Shown: in pieces, positions 17,338 through 28,485 of the stretch
How the letters are laid out: the number at the start of each line of letters is the position of its first letter
Numbering within the stretch: position 1 is the first letter of the stretch
Assembly: GCA_963708265.1 (NCBI GenBank)
Contig: CAVPSC010000003.1
Location: 22,857 to 86,856, forward strand
Origin: an uncultured Actinomycetes bacterium
GTDB lineage: Bacteria; Actinomycetota; Thermoleophilia; Gaiellales; Gaiellaceae
Length of the DNA: 64,000 bases
Direction: 5' to 3'
Made by a program: the position numbers and the translations under genes
The notes under the pieces: generated by a model
What the model was told of the DNA's origin: nothing
Seen by the model: only the letters and a program-made list of their open reading frames with translations
The model's database searches: none

Positions 17338-18501
17338 TCAGCGCTTCGCGGCGGTGACGACCGTGTCGCGACCGGCGCCCTTGGCGAGCCCGAGAGCCGC
17401 GTCCGTCCGAACGACGAGCGCCACCGCGTCGTCCGTCGCCAGGAGCTCTGCGACCCCGCCCGACATCGTGACCACGCCGATCTCCGGGAGCGGGCGCTCG
17501 TGCAGGACCGTCTGGAGCCGCTCGAACAGGCTCTCGGCGTCGCGGACGTCACCGTTCGAAACGAGCACTCCGAACCTTCCGCCACCGATCCGGCAGGTGA
17601 GGTCTCGCGGCCCCGCCACGTCGCTCAGCGAGGCGGCGATCTTTGCGAGCACGCCGTCCGCCGAGAGGTGGCCGATGCGGGCATTCAGCGTCGTGAGCCG
17701 GTCGACGTCGAGCATGAGGAGCGCCAGAGGCTCACGCCGTCCTCGCGCCCGTGCGATCTCGCGGTCGAGGAGGGAGTGGAAGGCGGGCCGGTCGTAGAGC
17801 ATCGTGAGCGGGTCTCGCTCGGGCACCGGATCGGGATCCCGGAGCTCGAGCGAGGTCTCGAGCCCGGGTCGGGTGACGGTGAGCACGTCCTCGAGGCTCG
17901 AGATGTCGATCTCGCTGAAGGTGCGGTCGGGCGCACGGCTCAACACCGCGAGCATCCCGGGGCCTTGCTCGGAGTCGAGGAGGGGTAGCGCGAGGCCGGC
18001 GCGGATCGGGGATGCTCCGGAACGGCCGGCCGAGTCGCCGTTGAAGGACACCTGAATCGCCCGTGCCCCGCGGTAATCGGGGACGCCCATCCCGCCGACC
18101 TGGGCCGCCTCGGCCTCGGTCAGGCCGACGGTCGCGAGCATCGGCTCGTTCTGTCCCTCGACCACCGCGATCGCGGCATCGGCCGACGTTCGCTGACGCG
18201 CGAGCTCGAGCATCCGCGTCACACCGTGGTCCTGCACTTCCGTCGGCGGGGAGCCCGAGATCGCCGCTTGAACGCGGGCCGGCATCGTGTGGTTGAGCGC
18301 GTCGCTCAGGGTCTGCGCGAACTCGGCCAGGCGGTCGTCGTAGCGATGGAGCATCGCGGTGACCACGGTTTCGTGCCTGCCGACGATGCGGCGCATAGCG
18401 ATGAGGAAGAGGGCGATGCAGAGGACGCCGAGCGTGACGGACGCGAGGTAGGTCGCAATCGTGACGGCATCTTCGGTGATCGCTCCCAGCACTCCCAGCA
18501 C
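17338..18501 (-). CDS. Membrane-anchored GAF-like/GGDEF-domain protein with degenerate active site (GGGRF)
   Basis: 387 aa. N-terminal TM segment. DPLTMLYDRPAF...LMLDVDRLTTLNARIGH...CRIGGGRFGVL, a GGDEF fold lacking the catalytic D/E-E. Confidence 0.8.
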   Translation of the reverse strand: MLGVLGAITEDAVTIATYLASVTLGVLCIALFLIAMRRIVGRHETVVTAMLHRYDDRLAEFAQTLSDALNHTMPARVQAAISGSPPTEVQDHGVTRMLELARQRTSADAAIAVVEGQNEPMLATVGLTEAEAAQVGGMGVPDYRGARAIQVSFNGDSAGRSGASPIRAGLALPLLDSEQGPGMLAVLSRAPDRTFSEIDISSLEDVLTVTRPGLETSLELRDPDPVPERDPLTMLYDRPAFHSLLDREIARARGRREPLALLMLDVDRLTTLNARIGHLSADGVLAKIAASLSDVAGPRDLTCRIGGGRFGVLVSNGDVRDAESLFERLQTVLHERPLPEIGVVTMSGGVAELLATDDAVALVVRTDAALGLAKGAGRDTVVTAAKR

Positions 18502-18638
18502 CGCGGCTATTACTAGCGAGCGGGTCGGTCGACATCGCCCGGACGGCCGGTCACGACGGCTGGGAGCAGAGACCCGGCGCGGAGAGCCGTGAAATCGCCC
18601 CGAGAATCGGACCGGGTCCGACAGGCCCCCTCGTTATC

Positions 18639-19301
18639 TTGGGCGCCATGGAAATCACGCGCGCTCCCGTCGTGGTCGGCGCGGCGGACTCGGTCGAGAT
18701 CGCCGGTTCGCCGTCGTCGTCAGCGATCTCCTCGATCACGGTCGACCGCCTCGGCGAGGCTCTGATCCCGCCTCCGGAGCACCGGCTGTCCGGCGAGCGG
18801 CTGGCCATCCTCGCGTCCCTCGCCGGAGCGGGGGCAATCGTGCTCGGAGGCGTCGCGATGGCGACGACCTTGCACTCGTCGCGCTCGGACACGCCCGCGG
18901 TAGGCACCGGCACGCCGACGGTCGCGGACGTTCGAAGCGACGGTGTCGTTCGGTCGCGCGAAACGGCGGCGGTCTCGTTCCTCGCGAAGCCGAGCACGGA
19001 GCGGATTCCGTTCGCGAACTCGGATGGCCGGATCGTCCTGGCGGTCGGTCCACGGGGTCGAGGCGTGCTCGTCCTCCAGGGGCTCCGACCCGCCACCGCC
19101 GGGACGTCCTACGTCGCGTGGCTCGTCGGTCGAAGAGGGCGCGTCGCCGGCTCGGTCGGGGTGTTCTCCGGCAGCTCCTCCATCGTCCCGCTGTCGAGGC
19201 TCGTGCCCGTCGGCTCGGCCGTCGCGGTGACGCTCGAGCGCCTGCCGGGGAAGGCGCCGACGGGCAAGCTCCGCCTCGTCGCTCGTCGCGACGCCGGCTG
19301 A
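18639..19301 (+). CDS. Membrane protein with anti-sigma-K (RskA) C-terminal-like domain
   Basis: 220 aa. TM LAILASLAGAGAIVLGGVAMA. C-terminal pattern GVLVLQGLRPATAGTSYVAWLV...AGSVGVF...AVAVTLERLPGKAPTG resembles RskA_C. No N-terminal zinc anti-sigma motif. Alternative start 18648. Confidence 0.55.
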   Translation: MGAMEITRAPVVVGAADSVEIAGSPSSSAISSITVDRLGEALIPPPEHRLSGERLAILASLAGAGAIVLGGVAMATTLHSSRSDTPAVGTGTPTVADVRSDGVVRSRETAAVSFLAKPSTERIPFANSDGRIVLAVGPRGRGVLVLQGLRPATAGTSYVAWLVGRRGRVAGSVGVFSGSSSIVPLSRLVPVGSAVAVTLERLPGKAPTGKLRLVARRDAG

Positions 19302-19311
19302 TCGGCCTCCT

Positions 19312-20466
19312 CTAGCGCTGCTCGTCGAGGTTCCGGCCAACGTCCGCGCGATCCTTGCCGAGCTCCTTCGCCCGGTAGAGCGCGCGGTCGGCGCGCTCGA
19401 AGAGGCTCGCTGCGGTGTCGCCGTGCTCGAGCTCCGCGATCCCTGCGGACAGTCGCAGCCGCTCGTCGTCCGTGCCGAGCACCGTCCCGCGCATCGAGTT
19501 GTGGACGCGGCCGTACAGGAGGTTCGCCTCCTCCGCGGACGACTCGGGAAGGATCACAGCGAACTCGTCACCCCCGATGCGGCAGGGGATGTCGACCGAG
19601 CGCACCGCCTCGCGTAGCCGGTCGGCGGTCTGGGCGAGCACCCGGTCGCCGGCGAGGTGGCCGATCTGGTCGTTGACCTTCTTGAAGTCGTCGAGGTCGA
19701 AGACCACGAGGGCGAGCTTGCGCTGGTAGCGGTTCGCGCGCACGACCTCGCGGCGGAGCGTCTCGTGGAAGTAGCGCTGGTTGTAGAGCCCGGTCAGCGC
19801 GTCCGTCTCCGCGAGCTTGCGCGCCTCGCCGTAGCGGCGCGCGTTCTCGATCGAGGGGATGCTGCTCTCCGCGAGCGTCTCGGCCTGCTCGATCTGCTCC
19901 GTGCCCGGCTCCTCATCGTCTCGCCAGAAGAGGGAGAGCGTCCCGACCGGCCGAAGCTCGCGGCCCATGAGCGGGATGAAGACACCGCCTCTGATCAGAT
20001 CAGCCTCGGGCGTCTCCCCGGCGCGTCCGTACCGGTATGAGACGGTGATCGTGCCGGTGAGAGCACCGGAGGTGCCCGATGTCGGAGGCCGCGCCGTCTC
20101 GTTCGACGTCATGCCGCGCGTGACGACGGCGGGGGCGCCGTCGGGCCGCTCGACGACCATCATCGCGGCCGCGTAGCCAGGAATCTCCATGGCCGCGTCG
20201 AGAACGCGGTCCATCAGCTCTTCGAGGTCGATCGAGCCGCCGAGCTCGCCGAACAGCCGATTCCTGCGGCTCTCCCTCTCGGCGCGGTCGAGGGCGTGCG
20301 AGAGCTCGACCGCGAGCTCGTCCATCTTGACGCGCATCTCGCCGACGGCCTGCACGAGCTCCTGGCTCTCCTCGCCGGTCGAGGAAGGGCCGCGGCGAGC
20401 GACGACGACCACGCCGGCGACGAGGGCGAGCGCCAGCGCAACCGCTATGACTACGGCTGCAGCCAC
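19312..20466 (-). CDS. Membrane-anchored GAF-like/GGDEF diguanylate cyclase (canonical GGDEF with RxxD I-site)
   Basis: 384 aa, GTG start after GGAGGGAG. DALTGLYNQRYF, FDLDDFKKVNDQIGHLAGD, RSVD-IPCRI-GGDEF. Confidence 0.85.
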   Translation of the reverse strand: MAAAVVIAVALALALVAGVVVVARRGPSSTGEESQELVQAVGEMRVKMDELAVELSHALDRAERESRRNRLFGELGGSIDLEELMDRVLDAAMEIPGYAAAMMVVERPDGAPAVVTRGMTSNETARPPTSGTSGALTGTITVSYRYGRAGETPEADLIRGGVFIPLMGRELRPVGTLSLFWRDDEEPGTEQIEQAETLAESSIPSIENARRYGEARKLAETDALTGLYNQRYFHETLRREVVRANRYQRKLALVVFDLDDFKKVNDQIGHLAGDRVLAQTADRLREAVRSVDIPCRIGGDEFAVILPESSAEEANLLYGRVHNSMRGTVLGTDDERLRLSAGIAELEHGDTAASLFERADRALYRAKELGKDRADVGRNLDEQR

Positions 20467-20596
20467 ACCTACGACTCACTCCCTCCTTCGCTTGCTCGTC
20501 CGGTCGGCCATCGAGGGTTGCCCCCCGAATGGGGTACCCCGCCGCACTGTACTCGGGAAACTGGACGCTGCCACCCGCGTCCGTGGGGAGAGTCCT

Positions 20597-22246
20597 TCAG
20601 GCGGGCCTGTAGCCCTCCACGTGGGCGACGACGATGGTTCCGGTCCCCGTCTGCTTGGCCTGCCAGAGCGCATGCCGGGCGCGATCGAGGACGCTGTCGA
20701 GAGTGTCTCGCGGGGTGAGATCCGTGATCCCGGCCGAGATGCGGAGCTGTCCCGCATCCGCCGGGGGCCAACCGGCGAGGGATGCCTGCAGCGCCAGCAC
20801 GAGGCTCTCGGCCTCGTTCGCCGACGCTTCGCGAAGCGCGGTCGCGAACTCGTTCCTGCCCACGCGCGCGCTCGTTCCCCGGCGCTCGACATGCTCCGCG
20901 ACACGTGCCGCCAGGTCCGCGAGGACGGTTTCTCCCGCCGCCGCGCCGACCCTCACCTCGAACAGCTCGAAATCGTCCAGCTCGAGGACGACGACCGCGA
21001 GAGGCTCGGCGCGCGCATGCGCCCGCACGACCTCCGCGCCGAGGGGCACGCCGAAGCCGGACTCAGGAGACGCCGGTTCGGCCGGCGGCTCGTCGGCGGC
21101 TCGCGTTCGAAGCAGCGTGCCTGCGCCCCGAGCGCCTTCGATCACCTCGACCACCCCGACGGGCGAGGCCTCGCGCTCGCGCGTCGCGGGTGCTGTGGCT
21201 CGCGCGTCGAGCGCCTCGCTCGATTCGTCGGAAACCCACTCGACCACCTCGGACGCGAGGCTCAGCGAGCCGACGTGCGAGAGGGCGTTCGCCGCCGCCG
21301 CGGCTCGGACGCGTGTGCAGAAACGGCCGGCGCCGTCGCTGGCGGTCTCCGGCAGCAGTGCGACGAACTCGGCGTCGTCGCGCCGGCAGAGGACGTCGGT
21401 GCTGCGCGCGAGGCGCGTGAGCACGGCGGCGAAGTCTCGGGCGACGAGGTCTGCTTCCGAGGAAGCGGCGTTCTCGGCGACGCCTGAGGCGGTGACTCCG
21501 AGCCGGACGAGCGACAACGGCCGCCCGGTCCGGCGGGCGCGCGCGACTTCCCGCTCGAGCTCGAGCTCGTAGCCCGCGCGGTTGCGGATCCCGGTCGTCG
21601 CGTCGATGACCGTCCGCCGCGTCACGTCCGCGAAGAGCCGCGCGTTCCTGAGCCCGGCCGCCGCCTCCGTGGCGAGCTGCTCGAGCGCCAGGACCTGCTC
21701 CTCCGAGAACGACCCCGCCGCGAGCGCGTACGAGGCGAGCGCGCCGGTCACGATGCCGTCCTCGACGATCGGCACCGCGACCGCCGAGCGGTATGCATCC
21801 GGCTCCCACGCGCCGGAGGGATAGGTCCATTCGACCGCCATGGTGCTGTACTGAGCGGAGCCCGCCGTGCCGAGCGTCGCGTCGAAGACCGGAGCGGCTT
21901 CGCTCGCGCCCAGCAACCTCGTGGTCGTTTCTCCGGCGGGTCCCGCGATCCGGAGGGCGGCGGCCTGCGCGCCGGTGAGCTGCGCGACCCTGCTCAAGAG
22001 TTGGTCGAGAGCGTCGTCGAAGTCCACGGTCAGCTCGAGGTCCGGAGCCAGCCTCTGGTGGGCCGCGGACCAGCGCGCGACGCCCTGCACCACGTCGTCC
22101 GAGATCTGGCGGAGGTGTTCGTCGAGCGTCTGCGCGAGGAGGGCGAAGTGCCGGTCCGAACGCGCCCGCCCACGCCGCGCCTCGAAGATCACGACGAGGA
22201 TGACGAGCGCCGCGCACGCGACGACCACCGCTGCCCAGACCACCAC
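20597..22246 (-). CDS. Membrane-anchored protein with GAF-like region and two degenerate GGDEF-like domains
   Basis: 549 aa. [17 protein letters not shown]...[12 protein letters not shown] (first domain). [13 protein letters not shown]...[12 protein letters not shown] (second domain). Neither has GG(D/E)EF. Confidence 0.75.
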   Translation of the reverse strand: MVVWAAVVVACAALVILVVIFEARRGRARSDRHFALLAQTLDEHLRQISDDVVQGVARWSAAHQRLAPDLELTVDFDDALDQLLSRVAQLTGAQAAALRIAGPAGETTTRLLGASEAAPVFDATLGTAGSAQYSTMAVEWTYPSGAWEPDAYRSAVAVPIVEDGIVTGALASYALAAGSFSEEQVLALEQLATEAAAGLRNARLFADVTRRTVIDATTGIRNRAGYELELEREVARARRTGRPLSLVRLGVTASGVAENAASSEADLVARDFAAVLTRLARSTDVLCRRDDAEFVALLPETASDGAGRFCTRVRAAAAANALSHVGSLSLASEVVEWVSDESSEALDARATAPATREREASPVGVVEVIEGARGAGTLLRTRAADEPPAEPASPESGFGVPLGAEVVRAHARAEPLAVVVLELDDFELFEVRVGAAAGETVLADLAARVAEHVERRGTSARVGRNEFATALREASANEAESLVLALQASLAGWPPADAGQLRISAGITDLTPRDTLDSVLDRARHALWQAKQTGTGTIVVAHVEGYRPA

Positions 22247-22304
22247 CGCCGGCTCACTCTATTCGGGTCGATGCGGGATGGCTACGGGCCGCGCGGCCGT
22301 TCTT

Positions 22305-22313
22305 TGCTACCAT
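22305..22313 (+). promoter_or_regulatory. Candidate extended -10 promoter (TGCTACCAT) for rpsL operon
   Basis: TGnTAnnnT about 80 nt upstream of the rpsL ATG. Context CTTTGCTAC is shared with the rpoB candidate. Confidence 0.35.
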
Positions 22314-22392
22314 CCCGCGGCCGTTTGGCGGGCGGATGCGTCCCCCGCCGCCTTTCTGTGTGAAGAAAGCCACGACCGTTCGTAGGAGCCGT

Positions 22393-22761
22393 ATGCCCAC
22401 CGTCAACCAGCTCGTGCGCAAGGGCCGAAGCGCCCCGAAGTCGAAGACGAAGACCCCTGCGCTCAGGGGAGCGCCGCAGAAGCGCGGCGTGTGCACGCGC
22501 GTCTACACGACGACGCCGAAGAAGCCGAACTCCGCGCTGCGCAAGGTCGCGCGCGTCCGGCTCACGAACGGCATGGAGGTCGGTGCGTACATTCCAGGGG
22601 AGGGGCACAACCTCCAGGAGCACTCGGTCGTGCTCGTTCGCGGCGGCCGCGTCAAGGATCTCCCGGGCTTCCGCTACAAGGTGATCCGCGGCGGCCTCGA
22701 CTCTGCAGGCGTGTCGGAGCGCCGTCAGGCGCGCTCCAAGTACGGCGCGAAGCGAGGGTAG
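22393..22761 (+). CDS. rpsL: 30S ribosomal protein S12
   Basis: In-frame ATG 22393 of track ORF 22336..22761, preceded by [17 protein letters not shown]...[16 protein letters not shown]. Confidence 0.98.
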   Translation: MPTVNQLVRKGRSAPKSKTKTPALRGAPQKRGVCTRVYTTTPKKPNSALRKVARVRLTNGMEVGAYIPGEGHNLQEHSVVLVRGGRVKDLPGFRYKVIRGGLDSAGVSERRQARSKYGAKRG

Positions 22762-22768
22762 GTAGGGA

Positions 22769-23239
22769 ATGCCGCGCCGCGCCGAGATCCAGCCTCGCAC
22801 CCCCGACCCAGACGCCGTCCACAACTCCGTGCTCGTCTCACAGCTCGTCAACAGGCTCATGCTGGACGGGAAGAAGTCGATCGCCGAGCAGATCGTCTAC
22901 GACGCGCTCGCACTCGCCGCCGAGCGGAGTGGGAAGCCCGAGCTCGAGGTGCTCGAGCAGGCGGTGAAGAGTGTGACCCCGGTGCTCGAGGTTCGCTCGC
23001 GCCGCGTCGGAGGCGCGAACTACCAAGTCCCCGTCGAGGTGCCGCAGCGACGCGCACGCACGCTCGCGCTCCGCTGGCTCGTGCAGAACGCCCGCGACCG
23101 GCGCGAGAAGGGGATGCCGCAGAAGCTCGCCGGCGAGCTCGTCGACGCGGCGTCCCAACAGGGCGGCGCCTACAAGAAGAAGGACGACATCTACCGGATG
23201 GCGCAGGCCAACAAGGCCTTCGCGCACTACCGCTGGTAG
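22769..23239 (+). CDS. rpsG: 30S ribosomal protein S7
   Basis: 156 aa. [14 protein letters not shown]...[15 protein letters not shown]. Confidence 0.98.
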   Translation: MPRRAEIQPRTPDPDAVHNSVLVSQLVNRLMLDGKKSIAEQIVYDALALAAERSGKPELEVLEQAVKSVTPVLEVRSRRVGGANYQVPVEVPQRRARTLALRWLVQNARDRREKGMPQKLAGELVDAASQQGGAYKKKDDIYRMAQANKAFAHYRW

Positions 23240-23246
23240 AGGCGCG

Positions 23247-25355
23247 ATGACGACGGTCCTCACATCCGTTGCGCTGGACCGTGTCCGGAACATCGGGATC
23301 ATGGCCCACATCGACGCGGGCAAGACGACGACGACGGAACGGATCCTCTACTACACCGGGCGCACCCACAAGATGGGCGAGGTGCACGAGGGCGCCGCGA
23401 CCATGGACTGGATGGCGCAGGAGCAGGAGCGCGGCATCACGATCACATCGGCGGCGACGACCGCGTTCTGGCGCGACCATCGGATCAACATTATCGATAC
23501 GCCCGGGCACGTGGACTTTACCGTCGAAGTCGAGCGGAGCCTGCGCGTGCTCGACGGCGCGGTCGCGGTCTTCGACTCCGTCGCGGGCGTCCAGCCGCAG
23601 TCCGAGACGGTCTGGCGGCAGGCCGACCGCTACGGGGTCCCGCGCATCGCGTTCATCAACAAGATGGACCGCACCGGCGCGGACTTCGCCGCCGCCGTGC
23701 AGTCGATGCGCGACCGGCTCGGAGCGATCGCCGTGCCGATCCACGTCCCGATCGGGAGCGAGGAGGCGTTCAGCGGGATCGTCGACCTGATCGAGATGAA
23801 GGCGATCACGTACACCGACGTGCTCGGCACCGACGTCCTCGTCGACGAGATCCCGGCCGCCCTCTCTGGGGCAGCCGAAGCCGGCCATCACGCGCTGATC
23901 GACGCGATCGCCGAGTTCGACGACGAGCTCACGGAGACGTACCTCGAGGACGAGAGCTCGGTCACGCCGGAGATGATCAGGCGCGCGCTCCGCGTCGGAA
24001 CCCTCACCGGGCGGATCACGCCCGTTCTCGCCGGCTCCGCGTTCAAGAACAAGGGCGTCCAGGCGCTCCTCGACGCGATCGTCGACTATCTTCCGAGTCC
24101 GCTCGACGTGCCGCCCGTGCAGGGCCTCGACCCGAAGCTCGACGAGGAGGCGACCCGACCTCCGGAGCTCGACGCTCCCTTCGCGGCGCTCGCGTTCAAG
24201 GTCATGACCGACCCCTACGTCGGCAAGCTGACGTACTTCCGCGTCTACTCGGGTCAGGTCAAGGCCGGCGACCGCGTCCTGAACACGACGAACGGGAAGA
24301 CGGAGCGCATCGGCCGCATCCTCCAGATGCACGCGAACCACCGCGAGGAGCGGGAGGAGATCGGCGCGGGCGAGATCGCTGCGGCCGTCGGCCTCAAGCT
24401 GACGACGACCGGCGATACGCTCGCGGTCGGCTCGGCGCCGATCGTGCTCGAGTCGATGTCCTTCCCGGACCCCGTCATCTCGGTCGCGATCGAGCCGAAG
24501 ACGAAGGCCGATCAGGACAAGCTGAGCCAGGCGCTCCAGCGGCTGGCTGAAGAGGACCCGACGTTCCGGGTCTCCTCGGACGAGGAGACCGGGCAGACGC
24601 TCATCGCAGGGATGGGCGAGCTGCACCTCGAGATCATCGTCGACCGGCTGCTCCGCGAGTTTCGCGTGGAGGGAAACGTCGGGCGACCCCAGGTCGCGTA
24701 CCGCGAGACGATCAGACAGCCCGCGGAGAAGGTCCAGGGGCGCTTCGTGCGCCAGACCGGCGGCTCCGGCCAGTACGGCGACGTCGTCCTCAACCTCTAT
24801 CCGCAGGAGCCGGGAGGGGGCTACGAGTTCGTCGACAAGATCGTCGGCGGCAAGGTCCCCAAGGAGTACATCCCGGCCGTCGACCACGGGATCGAGGAGG
24901 CGATGAGCTCCGGGATCCTCGCCGGCTTCCCGGTCGTCGACGTGAAGGTGGAGCTGGTCGACGGGTCGTACCACGAGGTCGACTCGAGCGAGCGTGCGTT
25001 CAAGATCGCCGGCTCGATGGCGTTCAAGGAGGGCATGAGGCGCGCCAAGCCGAAGCTCCTCGAGCCGGTCATGTCCGTCGAGGTCGTCACTCCGGACGAG
25101 TACCTCGGCGACGTCATTGGTAACCTGAACGGGCGCCGTGGCCGGATCGAGCACTTCGAGCCGGTCGGCGGGTCGCAGACGAGCAGTACTCAGGCGATCC
25201 GGGCGAGCGTCCCGCTCGCGGAGATGTTCGGCTACGCGACCGACCTGCGCTCGATGACGCAGGGTCGCGCGACGTTCACGATGCAGTTCGACCGCTACGA
25301 GGAAGTGCCGGTCACGATCGCGGAGGGGATCGTGACGAGCGACAAGACAGGCTAA
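23247..25355 (+). CDS. fusA: Elongation factor G
   Basis: 702 aa. [28 protein letters not shown]. Confidence 0.98.
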   Translation: MTTVLTSVALDRVRNIGIMAHIDAGKTTTTERILYYTGRTHKMGEVHEGAATMDWMAQEQERGITITSAATTAFWRDHRINIIDTPGHVDFTVEVERSLRVLDGAVAVFDSVAGVQPQSETVWRQADRYGVPRIAFINKMDRTGADFAAAVQSMRDRLGAIAVPIHVPIGSEEAFSGIVDLIEMKAITYTDVLGTDVLVDEIPAALSGAAEAGHHALIDAIAEFDDELTETYLEDESSVTPEMIRRALRVGTLTGRITPVLAGSAFKNKGVQALLDAIVDYLPSPLDVPPVQGLDPKLDEEATRPPELDAPFAALAFKVMTDPYVGKLTYFRVYSGQVKAGDRVLNTTNGKTERIGRILQMHANHREEREEIGAGEIAAAVGLKLTTTGDTLAVGSAPIVLESMSFPDPVISVAIEPKTKADQDKLSQALQRLAEEDPTFRVSSDEETGQTLIAGMGELHLEIIVDRLLREFRVEGNVGRPQVAYRETIRQPAEKVQGRFVRQTGGSGQYGDVVLNLYPQEPGGGYEFVDKIVGGKVPKEYIPAVDHGIEEAMSSGILAGFPVVDVKVELVDGSYHEVDSSERAFKIAGSMAFKEGMRRAKPKLLEPVMSVEVVTPDEYLGDVIGNLNGRRGRIEHFEPVGGSQTSSTQAIRASVPLAEMFGYATDLRSMTQGRATFTMQFDRYEEVPVTIAEGIVTSDKTG

Positions 25356-25385
25356 TTCGGGAATCTCGGTTCGGAGGAAGGGGTC

Positions 25386-26576
<1,191 letters not shown>

Positions 26577-26602
26577 GGCCGCTCGGCCTCTACGCAGACG
26601 AG

Positions 26603-26911
26603 ATGGCGCAGCAGAAGATCCGAATCCGGCTGAAGGGCTACGACCACCAGCAGGTGGACCGCTCGGCGTCCCAGATCGTGGAGACGGCCCAGCGCACGGG
26701 CGCGACGATCACCGGACCCGTGCCGCTGCCGACCGAGCGGAACGTCTACTGCGTGATCCGCAGCCCGTTCAAGGACAAGGACTCACGCGAGCACTTCGAG
26801 GTGCGCACGCACAAGCGCCTGATCGACATCCACAGCCCGACGCCGAAGACGGTCGACTCGCTCATGCGGCTCGACCTCCCGGCGGGCGTCGACATCGAGA
26901 TCAAGCTCTGA
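26603..26911 (+). CDS. rpsJ: 30S ribosomal protein S10
   Basis: In-frame ATG 26603 of track ORF 25940..26911. [19 protein letters not shown]. 102 aa. Only 26 nt after tuf. Confidence 0.97.
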   Translation: MAQQKIRIRLKGYDHQQVDRSASQIVETAQRTGATITGPVPLPTERNVYCVIRSPFKDKDSREHFEVRTHKRLIDIHSPTPKTVDSLMRLDLPAGVDIEIKL

Positions 26912-26927
26912 GGAAGGCGGACGTCGC

Positions 26928-27542
26928 GTGAAGGGCATCCTCGGACGAAAGCTGGGCATGAGCCAGGTGTTCGACCAGGAGACGGGCGCGATGACGCCGG
27001 TCACCGTGATCCAGGCTGGCCCGTGCCCGGTGGTCCAGGTGAAGACCGTGGACACGGACGGGTACGAGGCGGTCCAGCTTGCGTTCGGTGCCGTCGAGAA
27101 GCGAAAGCTGTCGAAGGGCGAGCTCGGACACCTCGAGAAGGCGGGCGCGGGGCCGCACCGGCACCTCGTGGAGTTCCGCGGCGGCACCGAGCTCACCGTC
27201 GGCGAAGCGGTCACGGTCGAGTCGTTCGAGCCCGGCGATCGGATCAAGGTCTCGGGCGTCACGATCGGCAAGGGCTACCAGGGGACGATCAAGCGCCACG
27301 GCTTCACGCGCGGCCCGGTCTCGCACGGCTCGCACAACGTCCGCAAGCCGGGGTCGATCGGCGCGTCGGCGTACCCGTCCCGCGTGTTCAAGGGGATGAA
27401 GATGTCGGGCCGCATGGGCGGCACCCGCGCAACCCAGCCCGGGCTCGTCGTGCACGAGATCGACGTCGAGCGCAACCTGCTCCTCGTGCGGGGCTCCGTG
27501 CCCGGGGCGAAGAGCGGGTTGCTGGAGATCGTGGAGGCCTGA
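26928..27542 (+). CDS. rplC: 50S ribosomal protein L3
   Basis: 204 aa, GTG start. KGILGRKLGMSQVF...GKGYQGTIKRHGF. Confidence 0.97.
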   Translation: MKGILGRKLGMSQVFDQETGAMTPVTVIQAGPCPVVQVKTVDTDGYEAVQLAFGAVEKRKLSKGELGHLEKAGAGPHRHLVEFRGGTELTVGEAVTVESFEPGDRIKVSGVTIGKGYQGTIKRHGFTRGPVSHGSHNVRKPGSIGASAYPSRVFKGMKMSGRMGGTRATQPGLVVHEIDVERNLLLVRGSVPGAKSGLLEIVEA

Positions 27543-28192
27543 TGGCAGCCGGCGCGCCCAAGGCACCCGTGATCGGCGGCTCGAAGACGTCCGACGTCAC
27601 ACTCGACCAGGCGGTCTTCGCCGTCGAGCTGAAGCCGCACCTCGTGCACGAGACGGTGCGCGCGGAGATGAATGCGGCACGCGCCGGGACGCGCGGCTCG
27701 AAGAGCCGCGGGCTCGTCGCGGGCGGCCGCTCGAAGCCATGGCGCCAGAAGGGCACCGGCCGCGCTCGAGCCGGCACGACGCGCGCCCCGCACTGGACGG
27801 GCGGCGGCGTCGCGTTCGCGCCGGGCATGCGCAGCTTCGAGGTCAAGGTGAACCGCAAGGCGCGCCGGAACGCGTTCAAGGGCGTGCTCTCGCACCATGC
27901 CGCCGAGGGGACGCTGGCGATCCTCGACGGCTCGGGGTTCGACGCACCCTCGACGAAGAGCGCCGCAGCGCTGCTCGCCGGCTTCGGCGAGCGCCCGACG
28001 CTCGTCGTCGTCACCGAGGACGAGGAGTTCCTGGTCAAGTCGTTTCGCAATCTGGAGAAGGTCGTCGTGACGGTTCCAGCCGAGCTCGAGGTTGCGTCGC
28101 TCGTCTGGGCGCGCTCGGTCCTCATCTCGGAGGCAGCGCTGCCGCTCGTCCTCGGACGCGCGGGAGCGGGCGCGGAGGAGGCGGCCCGATGA
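27542..28192 (+). CDS. rplD: 50S ribosomal protein L4
   Basis: In-frame ATG 27542 (TGATG overlap with the rplC stop). [18 protein letters not shown]. Confidence 0.96.
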   Translation: MAAGAPKAPVIGGSKTSDVTLDQAVFAVELKPHLVHETVRAEMNAARAGTRGSKSRGLVAGGRSKPWRQKGTGRARAGTTRAPHWTGGGVAFAPGMRSFEVKVNRKARRNAFKGVLSHHAAEGTLAILDGSGFDAPSTKSAAALLAGFGERPTLVVVTEDEEFLVKSFRNLEKVVVTVPAELEVASLVWARSVLISEAALPLVLGRAGAGAEEAAR

Positions 28193-28485
28193 GCTTGCAT
28201 CCGAACCAGGTCCTCCTCGCCCCGGTCGTGTCCGAGAAGAGCTACTCGCTGATCACCGACCGGAAATACACGTTCAAGGTGCACGAGGACGCGCACAAGA
28301 CCCAGGTCCGCCAGGCCGTCGAGGAGCTCTTCGACGTCCGAGTCCAGAGCGTGAACATCGTCAAGGTCAAGTCGAAGCCGAAGCGACGCGGGCTCACGAG
28401 CGGCCGCCGTTCCGGCTGGAAGAAGGCGATCGTCCAGCTTCGCGAGGGCGACGCGATCGAGATCTTCGAGGGGGCTTCCGTCTGA
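28189..28485 (+). CDS. rplW: 50S ribosomal protein L23
   Basis: In-frame ATG 28189 (ATGA overlap with the rplD stop). [13 protein letters not shown]...YTFKVH. Confidence 0.96.
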   Translation: MSLHPNQVLLAPVVSEKSYSLITDRKYTFKVHEDAHKTQVRQAVEELFDVRVQSVNIVKVKSKPKRRGLTSGRRSGWKKAIVQLREGDAIEIFEGASV

